From positions 25,422,001 to 25,486,000 of the forward strand of contig NW_024704743.1 of the NCBI RefSeq assembly GCF_018977255.1: a stretch of DNA of 64,000 bases, in the 5' to 3' direction. Below are positions 37,301 through 49,300 of the stretch, one piece after another (position 1 is the first letter of the stretch; each line of letters starts with the position of its first letter). The notes beneath the pieces were generated by a model, which saw only the letters and a list, made by a program, of their open reading frames with translations, had not been told where the DNA came from and did no database searches. A program made the translations under genes and the position numbers. The DNA comes from Callorhinchus milii (taxonomy: Eukaryota).

Positions 37301-40300
37301 ATTCTTTATCTACAGCGCACAGAAAGCCTCAACCCACAGAGAGAATATCTGTCATTCTGGTACTATTCCTTTGCACAATTTTTGCTGTCTAGCCCCTTGT
37401 TCTCTTTCAGTTTCTTTCTGTCTCTCACCTTTCGTAGGTGTTTGCCTCAACAAATCACAGTTACCACACTTTAAGTAAATCTTCGCGAAGTCTCAAACGG
37501 CTTTGCAGAACATACTGTAAAGTGAATTGACTATATTTTGTGGGCAAAATATTTTGTGTATACAGAGGGGAAAGTACCATTATTCTTCAACACATTCTGT
37601 TCTGTTCTTCAACAATAAAGTTAATCAAGGAGCATTTTATTGTCTGGACAGAAAATGTGATTAAACCTGGTGGTAAAACAAGTCCACAATAATCAGTTTG
37701 GGACTGGAGGCAGCCAACCTCTGGGCAATGGTTCCAACCCTCCGTTTCACATCCCAAACAGGCAATAATGAGTTTCAGTCATTGACAGGCTACGGCTTTT
37801 CTTCTTGGATGCTGCAGTGGTGGTTAACCTTCAGTGCAACATTTGCTGCAAATTTTAGGCTGGTATCTGGAAAGGCACTGTTAAATTTGATGGTTTCCAG
37901 TGCCTGGAAATTTCATTTCCATGCTCTTAAAACAAAAGCACCAATCTTCCTACCAATTCCACTGAGTACTGTTTGGTCACACAGAGCGTAGTCTAGTCTA
38001 TCCCTGGAACAATGAGGCAGAGAACATGATGGATGTGGGTGGGGTGGGGAACACACCATGGTGGGAAGCGGAGAATAAAAACAATGAGAAGTATAAGTCT
38101 GAATGTAGAGTTCCTGACGGCTGACCCCAGGTGGGCTGCTCACTATTTGCCAAGATTTTGTTATCCCTGCTGAACAACAGCAATGATCCATGATGCCTTT
38201 ATAAGTCATCTACTATTATTTATTATTATTATTACTATTATTATGTGGTGGAGGGAAATCTTGTGAAACGCTTGAGATATAAGGCTCTACAACAAATGCA
38301 AGGATTATAACTTCGGTAGCACCATCGGTTCTGAATCAAAAAGTCGTGGGGTGAACCCATAGTCTAGGTTGACATTCCTATTCAGTGCTGGGGAATGGCT
38401 GCACTGTTAAAGGTGCCGTCCTTCGGATAACATGATAAACCGAGACTCCATCTGCCTGCTCAGGTTGATTATAAAGATCACGTGGCACTATTCCAAAAGA
38501 GAGGGAGATTCATCTGGTGTCCTGGACAACAATTCCCCAAAATAAATGTGGTCATTCACTTCATGGCTGTTTGTGGGACATTCCTGCATGTAAATTGGCT
38601 TGCAGTGTAAATTGGCTACACTCTACAGTATATCTCGTGAAGTGCTTTAGTTTATTTGGGTTGGGGAGAGCAAAAATGTTGCCCCTCTTCAGCAGATCAA
38701 TGGTGGAAAATAAATATTTAACAAAAAAAACAACCAAGCCACTCTAGGGCCTATAGTTTATAACAAAACAAATTGCCCAATTGAAGAATAAAAAATAATG
38801 TTGGGTCCTGGAAATCTGAAAAGGAACAAACCACTTTATTAAAGGGGTGGGCTGCCACCTGGTGGCAATAATGTCCACCAACCATACTTTTGAAACCCGC
38901 AAACATTACCCCCAAGTTATGTGCAAGAGCAAATTTTTCAGAAGTCAACACCATCTCCCTTGTTATTTGACTTTGCTGGGCTGCCACAGACTTCTACTGA
39001 AAGTCACTAAGATTTTAAGCAATGTCTATACATTGCAAATATTTTCAATGCAACATTCAACTAACGTATGGGATTGTCTCGGCTTCTCTTTGTCACAGGC
39101 ACTGAACGGGTTTGTGCTGGTGGTGAGTGCGGACGGGATGATATTTTATGTGTCTCCCACAATCATTGACTATCTGGGATTTCATCAGGTAAGGAGCCAC
39201 TTCTCTAAATGTTCAGCTTCTGTCACTTGTCAGGCCTGCCTCAGCTAAGGGTGCGTTCCTCACTCTCTGGGGTTTTCTGCTCCAGTGGCTAAGTTTTATA
39301 CTGTACCCTTAGAAATAACTGTAATGCAAAGAAATAACATTATAAATACAAATTTTAATTTATAAAATTGCATGACAATTTCTTAGGCTCCTTCACGTCT
39401 CACACTGCAGGCTGCTGAAACCTTCATACATGCTTTCATTACATCGAGGCTCGACTACGCAAACTCACTGCTTGTTGGCCTCTCCAACTCTTCCCTCCAC
39501 AGACTGCAGATCATCCAGAACTCTGCAGCCCGTGTCCTCTCCAGCACCAGGCTCCACGACCCTATCATCCGCATCCTTGCCCAACTCCACTGGCTTCCCA
39601 TCACACAAGGATATAGTTCAAGATCCTGGTCCTCACCTTCAAAGCCCTCCACGGTCTTGCTGCCCCCTACCTCTCCAATCTCCTAAGCCCCAACCACCCT
39701 GTTCGCTCCCTCTGCTCCGGCCTACTTCACGTCCCCCGCCTTGCTCGCCCCACTATTGGCGGGCGGGCCTTCCGCCACTCTGCGCCCACCCTCTGGAACT
39801 CCATCCCACAGTCCGTCCGCCTTGGACCCCTCCCTTGCCTCCTTCAAGACTCATCTCAAGACCCTCCTCTTCGACCGTGCTTTCGACTTACCTGCTTCCT
39901 CCCTCCCCCCATCCCAACCCCCAGCGTGGATCCGTAACTCTTTCTGTCCAGCGCCTTGGGATGTCCTCCCGACGTGAAAGGCACTATATAAATGTAATTT
40001 TGTTGTTGTTAGACGCTCTGAGAGACAGATTTGCTAGATTTACCAAACTGAATAGAATAGCCCAGTGTATGTCGACATTTGCTTCAGTGAACAGTATAAT
40101 TTCCTTGAGGTCTGACTGTTGACTTTGCTTTTGGGGGAGGTTGGGCTGTGGCACTGTGGCAAACACTATTATTAATAATAAGAATCCATATACTTGATGT
40201 CTGGTGGACATTACAAAGTGCTTCACGTAATGTAAAGTGCAGTGCATGTATTTTGTAGGTGGACATGGCAGCCAATTTGTGCACAGCAATGTACCTCAAA

Positions 40301-43300
40301 ACAGCTATAGGACCAATTTTATCTGGGGGGATTGTTGGACATGACACCAGGAGAAACACCCTTCTCTTTTCGAATAGTGGCAAAGGATCTTTAACTCCTG
40401 AAAAGGTAGATGGGGCCTTAGTTTAACGTCTCATCCAAAGGATGACACTTCTAACAATGCAGTCCACTCCTGGAGTGTCAGCTTAGACCTGTGGCCCCTG
40501 GGCTGGAAATGGCCCACAGGGCCATCAAGAAGCAGCCTCCCTGAACGTTTGCACAAGTCTAGGTAAGTCTGTGTTCAATCAGTCGTTTCTTTTCAGTTGT
40601 TTCTTGATTGAATACTTTACGGCATAAATCAAGACATATTCAATAAAGAACATGTATTTTTCTGGGCACCACTGGCCTACTAAATGAATTCAAAGCCCCA
40701 CAATCTTCTGATTCTGAGCGTGAGTTTTACGAACTGAAACAAGCGGACACACAAAACATTGTCTAAATATCTGAAGTTATCTGTCTTCTCCTGTGGGCAG
40801 CAATGCTGTACCTGTTGGATATGGGAAAACTTCAGCTTCTATATCTCTAGAAGGACATAAAAAAGCGTGGAATCACAATGGGACAAAAAACAGTCAAAAG
40901 GTTTGCCTACAACCTATCGTTAATGACAGATTTGGGATGGACTGCTTTTCTTTCCTCTTCCCCCGCCCTCAATCCAATTCTAATAATAAAATTAGATTAT
41001 TATTATTACACTATTATTATTGTTTATTAGATTACTATCTAATAACCTAATAAAATTTTACCACAAAATATAGTCAATTTTCGGTGAAGTGCTTTGAGAC
41101 ATCTCAACGACGTGACAAGGCGTTTTATCAAATGCAAGAATTATTATCAGTGAAGAAGGGCTCCCACCACACACAGGGATTTCAGGTTCACAAATGCAGC
41201 CCTGTTTCTATTGGCGAGGATTGATCCCGAAGGAAGCAGCCTCTTCAATACTTCGTCTCCAGACGTGGTCTTAAAATTTAGATTAACAATTAGGATAAAC
41301 TCAGGATAAAAGTAAAGGCATTGTCAGGCAAGGAAAAGCACTTCAGGGTCTCTCACTAAGCCGTGATACACAATGGACATTTGATACTTCTGCTGCGATG
41401 ATGTGGGGAAATATTTTGAATGTTAGTGACCGTGCCAAGGTGTACAAATGTTCCGTTATTCTTTCGCGAGAGTGAGTGTTCAGCTCATTGCGTGCCGCCC
41501 CTGTGGAAAATGTGGAGAGGTTAAATATTTCTGAAGGTTTGTCATCCACAGCAGAAAGTGTTGCTGGCGGCTGGAAGGGAAACAGATATTTTTTTTTTGT
41601 TGCGTATTTTACTGCAAACTGAAGTCTAATTAATCAGACTAGGGATCAGCAGACTGTGTGTGCATGTGAATTCTGCTGGACAACATAAAGCAGTTCTCAA
41701 AGCAGTCTGCACCAAACAGCACTGAACAACAATCCAGGCAATCCTACACAGTACTGAGCTCACGATAAACAGACACACAATAGTCGAATACATAAGTCAT
41801 ACTATCATACTGTGGTATTCAGCAGCTGAGCCAAGTATCAGCTGAGGACATATAACAGTGGATCATTTTCCCATCAATGTACTCTAGATGGAGATAGCCT
41901 TTTACCTCTTCCTCTCCTTCCCCTGGAAGTTTGATTTGGGATATCATCTTGGATTCCATGAATCAGGCCTGACATATCGGGACTTCGAACTCGTATACTC
42001 TAGGCTGAACCCAGTGCAACATTGAGACATCCTTCTCCCCCAGGCGAAAGGCACTACAGCAATAAATAATAATCCTTGCATTTGGTATATGCCTTTGATA
42101 TAGCGCTTTATCACATCTTCAAGACGTCTCAAAGCGCTTCATAGAATATACTTTAAAGTGAATTTAATGGATATTTCGTGGTAAAACAAATGCAAGAAAT
42201 AGTATTATTTATTTACTATTGAGCCCTCAAGGCTAGCCTCAAATAGGACTGGGATTCTGTGGAGATATACAATAAAAAGTCTATTTTGGTTTCTATTGGC
42301 CATCACAGTGGAGGCGAGGAGAAGGGAGTCTGACCCCCACAAAGGGGCCAGGATTCTACATCTACAATGCTACCCAATGTAACAGAGCCTATTATGATGG
42401 GTTGCCACAGGTTTCACTCTGATCTCTCCCCTTTTCGCTCGCAGACTGATGTGATGCACCAGAGCGTGTTTGACTTCATCCACATAGATGACCGTCAGGA
42501 GTTCCAGAGACAGCTTCACTGGGCCATGAATCCACCACACCAGCTCTCTGGGCAGGAGCACCTGACCCAGACGGTTAACAGTGAGTGCTTTCAAATACCC
42601 CTCCTACTGATAGCTGGGACATTGCTGAGTGATAAAAGTATGCAATAATGTGCTCAGCAGGTTCACGTCCTCGCGAGGTGAAATGCGCTGTACAAAAGTG
42701 ATTTGTTGTTGTTGTAATGGAGTTAAAAACATTGGGAAAATACAATTACATGCCCCGATCAAGGCTTGAGTACCAGAGGGGTAAACTTTGGAGACCCTGA
42801 ATGGCCTTTTCCTTAACTTTTCTGATGCTTTTGTGAAACGCTGTAGTGTGTGATGAACCGTGCTAAGTGTTAAAAAAAATAAGCATGTGTACACCCAGCG
42901 GGGGCTCAAACGCGGTAGTTTCAAACAAAATAATAGCTGAATTCAGAAGTACTTTGTGCTGACTCATACAGATTCTCTCAAGTGTGTTGTACTTTGGAAT
43001 CGGAGTTCCTGTGAGTTACTGTGATGTGTTTTACATCCCCCAGGTTGCTGGAAGATGTCCCAACTCAGATTCATTACATAAGGAATTCCATTTGAAAACA
43101 TTGGATTTCAGACCACAATATTGCGTTATAGAGCTTTTGTAACAGTAATTACCGTAAAATACTTTGACGCATCAATGTTATATCAATGCGAAGATCATTA
43201 TATACACAGTGGAGCCCATTATAACGTGATGTTTGGGATCCATTAGGTCTACACTGTGCCTGAACTATTCTTTTAATCATCAGGCAGTTAAGAAAGTCCC

Positions 43301-46300
43301 TGCAGGGTACAGTTAACACAAAGCTCATTTTAATACTTTCTGAAACGTGTGTGGAATCACACTATCGTGCACTATGTAAATACAGAGATGTGACTTGTAA
43401 ACCAGTCAGATGTACTCCATGCTTACCAAAAATATAACCATGCAATACAAGTGCATGGAGTGATGCAACATACACAGTGGGTACATTTTACACTATAACG
43501 CCAGCCTTTTGGATTAGCGTTAAACTCTTATTTGTGTGTAAGATTAATAACCAGCTTCAATAGCTTCAAAGTGAGCTTCTGATAGAGTGTGGGATCCCAC
43601 CACCTGAGAAGATCAGGCCCTCAGAGCATCCCTCCTCTCTTCCTGTGTGATAATAATAATAATCCTTGCATTTGATATACTGCCTTATCACCTCTTCAAG
43701 ACGTCTCAAAGCGCTTCATAGATTATACTGTGAAGTTAATTGACTATATATTTTTTGTGGGAGTGAATGTGGGATGTGTGCATTTGATCACTGTTCCTGG
43801 ATCTTGTGGTGCTCTCCTTGTAATCCTGAAGCTGTCTTTGATCTATTCCAGATGATGACTATCTGAGCTGTATGAAGGTTCAGGACCCCAGCTCTCTGCC
43901 GCCAGAATTTTCTCCTTTCTTGAACCGCTGCTTTATCAGCCGAGTGCGTTGCCTGCTAGACAGCACATCAGGATTCCTGGTACGTAATGCCACTGAAGGA
44001 AAGCATTCGCAAATAGGAGACTGTTGTTATCCACTAATGGTTTGAAGTTGTGAATTTAGTAATTTAGTTCCGTCATCCGGTATGTTTTCTTTGATGTGCA
44101 TTCATATCGAACACCTCTCACTGTAAAGTTCTTGATATGCTACATTGCATCAGTTCCATGTGTCTAGGCTGAGAATTGAATGCAGTTGGGGGGGGTGGGG
44201 AAGGAGGGGGGAGTGGGGCTGCATTATCAGAGGTGCTATTCTTTGGGTGAGCCTTTAAAACAAAATCTCATCTGACCGTTCTTTAGGTGGATATTAAAGA
44301 TCTCATGACACCATTTGAAAACAGAATTTCTACCAATGTCTTAGCCAGCAATCCTCTGAAATTGTTCATCATTCACCCCACAGCCGTGCATGGACCATCG
44401 TTGGAGCAAACGGCTGCTGTGTTTGCCTGTAAAAATAATCACTACCTGTGAATTACTTTCTGATGTGGCAAAATGCAAGTTATTTTTTGCTTTTAAGCCC
44501 GTTTTAAATCTATCTAGCTAATCTGCTATTAATTCCATGAGTTTCAGACTTCTTGAAACATTGGCCATTCGTTTCATGGCTATGTGTGGGACATTGCTGT
44601 GTGCCCAATCACTACACTTTACAGGGAAATCTTCTGATATCCCAAAGACCTTTACAGAATGGGAGGATATCCCAGAGTTTTACAATGGGGTTCCACTGTA
44701 TATCAAACACGAATTCCACTGTACCAATATATAACAACCTCTGATTTAACACATATGGTGTCTCGCTTGCTTGCTAACATACTCCCAACATTTCCGAAAA
44801 CACCTAGTCTGTAATACAGTATACCTCCCTCACTGTTCATAAGCAGCTCACAAGGACAACTTTGTAGACACCATTTGCTGTGAATTCACCAAATTAACAT
44901 ATAACAACCACAACAAATTGCATTCATATAGCACCTTTCACATTGGGAGGACATTCCAAAATGATAGTTCGGGGGATTTTACCTGGGTTAAATTCAGGAG
45001 GGTTGGGGGCCAAGGGGATGAGGGTGGGGTGGGGGAGATGTCTGAAGGTGCAATGAAAGAGGAAGGTCTTGAGATAGACCTTGAAGGAGGAGAGTGAAGG
45101 GGCGAGGCGAAGGGACTCTAGGTTGGCGTTCCAGAGAGTGGGGGCAGATACATAGACTTAAAAAATAAACTTATGGTAAATAATATTGCTACGTTGTGAA
45201 AAAATGTCAATGAGCAAATTTCAGGCACAAAGATAACTCAAGCGAACTTCATACAGTATGTACTCCAGTTGTTTCACAATGTGGTTCAAAAAAAAATCTA
45301 GGTTGAAAAATATGAACTTGCAAATCTTGCTGAATTTTTGTGCTAAACTTTTCACTTTTATGCTAAGGGAAATATTTCAGTGCACACGATGAGACTGAAT
45401 GTTAGGTCAGTTCAGCCAGAGTATTTCAGGAGGCTACATGATTATGAGCAGTTCTGGCTGTCTGGTAATATTCTGCATCAGCCGCTTGTTTGCACAAAAC
45501 TAAATGAAATCTGTTCTTGGCTCTGAATCTGGCAGTACTGAGTCAATCCGCCGTGGGCTAGAACTCTGGCAGTCTCACTCTAAAACCTGGTACTTCACAA
45601 AGAGTTTCAAGTCATTTAAACCGATTAGGAAGGTTATTGTTTGAGGTGTATTGTTTGAAGTGCTTTATCATGTCCAAACATCTCAAATCTCTCCACAGAC
45701 AACTGCTGTCAAGTTAAATGATTGGTTGTGTAGACAAACACTTGTGATATTAATAGGTGTACTCATGACATCCAGATAAACTGGTATCTTTGTTGGTGCA
45801 CCTTATACATGTTACGAGGTTAGTTTACAAGTCCTCTTCAAAATAAAAGTCTTACAGGCTGTTTTTAAGCAAACGGTGAAGAGTATTTTAAGAGTATTTT
45901 ATTTTAAGAGTATTTTAAGTATTTTAAGTATTTTAAGAGTATTTTAAGAGAATAATTCATCAAATGGTAAAGAGTGAAACAGCGGGGAAACAGACCATTC
46001 AACCCATCAAGCCCGAGCTTCTGTTTCTCTCCACTCTTCTGCTCGCTCCACTGTAACTCAATATTCCTCCTCTTTAAGCATCTATCTAATTCCCTCTTTC
46101 GTGGCAGAGAATTCCATATTCTAACTACCTTCTGTGTTTTTTTTTCAACCTCCCCTTTAATTTTTTTGTGGTGATACATCATAAATTTGAACTTTCTCGT
46201 CACTGACTCTTAGACAATGGAAATAATCAATAACTGCTTAGCGTGTCCTAACTGTGCATATCTTCCCAAAATTCTCACTAAGTATGGTTTATTATTAAGC

Positions 46301-49300
46301 GTATTAAGCGAGCCTGAAAATTTCAGAGAAGCCTTGATTGCATTTTGCGACCATGGGAAGCAGTCTCTCCGTGATTAAGACACGGACGCAGAATTCATGG
46401 AAGTAGATCAGAAAGGAAGCCTATTTTTATTGCCGTTCCAAAGTGATCCGTACAAAGCGCCGAGGAGTTTCAACCGGGTTTTGGGCACTACCATTATTCA
46501 GAAGTTGGGTGAGGGGGAAGTGTAACCAAATCATTTTACCGCCGTGGTCTAAAATAAGGAGCGGAACGTGTTTAGGAACACTGCAGGTTTCACCACAGCG
46601 TTTTGAAGAGCGTTTGGCGCTGAAGACGAGTGGAGATAATGCCCCATGAAAAAAAATTACATCCAAAGAAAAATGAAAAACATATCCACATAATTCAGTT
46701 TAGCTGTGGTTACATGAGAGAGAGTATATTAAAGGCTGCTCTTTTGTTGGGGCTACATCTAATCATGGACTGAATTGAGGGCTGGCGAGTGATGCTGGAA
46801 GAGCGCTGTGGGTGGTTTTTCAGCAGTTTCAGTGAATTGTTTTCTGCCACTTCTCCGGCTCTCACTTCCTTTGTTTCCCAGCTCTTCGGGCTGCCAATTG
46901 ATTCGCTCCCAGTAAGTGTGGTGCAAAGAGATGTTAATTGAGTCCAGTCAGATTCCAGACATTCCTGTGGCATGACTGATATTATTCCGTGCGATTGCTT
47001 GTACTAGATAATGATAAAACGGCAGACAGTTGCTAAAAGTAACCATAGAAAGAGATAGGGAACACATTCATACAATGACATTTTGCAGAATGGCTCAGTA
47101 ACTGAATTAGGATCTGAATAATAATAGCCTTGCATTTGATAATAGGCTTAATGCATTTCACAGTAATTACTGTTAAGTGTAATGACTATGTATTTGTAGA
47201 CGAACAGGATGACCAATTTGTACACAGCATCGTTCCAAAAACATCAGGAGATGAATGATCAATTTTGATTAGGGGATTTTTTGGCAAGGACACTGAGAGA
47301 AACTCTCTTCTCTTTCCAAATAGTGCCATGGGATCTTTAACATCCACCTGAACAGCAGACAGGTAGATCTCCATCTGGATAAAAACGTACACTATTTTCT
47401 TAGCATTTCAAAAGTGCAGCATTTGGCAAACATTCAATTTTAATTTTGAAACCTTAAAAGAACCTACAGAAAACCGGTTTCAAAATTAAGTCTGAATTTA
47501 AGAATTTGCCAAATTCCATGTGCTTTGAAATGCCAAGAAGCTAATGTAAGTCTACATCCAAATGAAATTTCCGCTCCTGGGAATCACAGTTCCCTTCAAT
47601 TGTCTTTTCACCGGTGAAGTGCTTTATCACATCATCAAAACACCTTAAAACACTTTACAGGATATACTATAAAGTGTAGTGACTGTGTATTTGTTGGTGA
47701 GTGTGGCAACCAATATGTACCCAGCAAAGTCCCATAAATGCCACAAACAGTCATGAATTGAATGATCAATTTTATCTGGAGAATTATTGGCATGGGACAT
47801 GGGATAAACTCACTTCTCTAAGAATGCTTGTTACACTTACAAACAGAGTATTTTTCCAAGTACTAAAATGAACGCCCTTTTTTTAAGCCAATATTTAGCC
47901 CAGCTAGTTCATTTGTTATTAATTTCATAAGTTTTTGTACCTTCTTGAAGTATCAGAAGTAGAACTCCAGTAAGTGTAATACTTTCCGAAAATACAGGAC
48001 ACAGTGCTCAGCTTATAGCCCTTACCCAGCAATAAAGGATTCAAAGATTTCTGATGGATTTGTGAGGTATGAATGAACTATTGCTTCTAAATCTATGTTG
48101 CTTGTTGTTTATATTGTCTGAACTTTTTATCAATGAGCATTCAATTATTTCCCCCACTGTGGATATCAGTGTGGGAAACAATGAATGAGGCCAATTTCCG
48201 TCCCCCCTCAACTTTATATGAAAAACCCAGAGGAGCATTAAACCCTGCCTGGTAGATCCATATTGGTTCAGATATCTCAGGTGATGCTAACTCATGAGAA
48301 CGTGAGAAACAGTGACCCACGTAGTAGTAAATATTTAATTTGGGTGAATAACAACAGCTGCAGATGTCTTGGGGTTTTTTTTCAAAATGAGAGACCATTT
48401 GTCGTACTTTATTTGAAGTTTCCTGTCTTTGTCTCCCTCTGTCAGACGATGCAGTTCCAAGGCAAACTGAAGTACGTCCACGGGCAGAACAGGAGGACTC
48501 TGTCGGGCACTGCTCTGCCCCCCCAGTTAGGGCTCTTCTGCATCGCAGTTCCTGTGCTGCTCCCTTCCATCACCGAAATGAAACTGAAGAGTGTACTTCT
48601 CAGGGCCAACAAACTGGATCTCAGCTCCATGACACTCGATGCAAAGTAAGTGACCCAAAGTCATTTCCAATGCTTGAAACTGATTCTTACTAAATGTGTT
48701 AATGTGGCCACGTCCAAGGCATTTCAGTTGGGTTTGGGCTCTGTTCATTATTCAGAATGGGGGAATTTCAAAACAGTCTTTTATGACATTCCTTCAATAA
48801 GGAACAGAATGTGTTTACGAACACTGCAGTTTTGACCCCATCTTGTTAGCTTCAGATTTGAATAATTATCTAGAACTTTCAGAAATGTCAGGTATTTTCA
48901 GCAGGCACTGATCTTGGCCAATTTGAGAAATATTTGGAATCCATTATCGCCCATCAATGTTGCCCCCAACAGGTCACTGGGATTATTCGTTTGGCTCTCA
49001 CGGTTACTATTAATAGAATATCATATATTACTGGATTCCTCAGGTTGCAATAAAATACTATCTTGATGACTTTTGTGGTATTTTGTCTAGTTTAGCAAAT
49101 ACAGTAGAACCCTGTTATTATGTTATTTTGTTACAAGGTGGGTTAATTCAATGTCGGTGTCCTGTGGAGCAGCAACCAGCTCCTGCAGACCTTAATAAGG
49201 AATCCTGTTAAAAATGAATCCCACAACTGTGAGTCCAATGTTAATACTTCTCGAGGAGGAGGTAGCATTTGTTTTGTGGCCTGGACCACTGACAGGAAAA

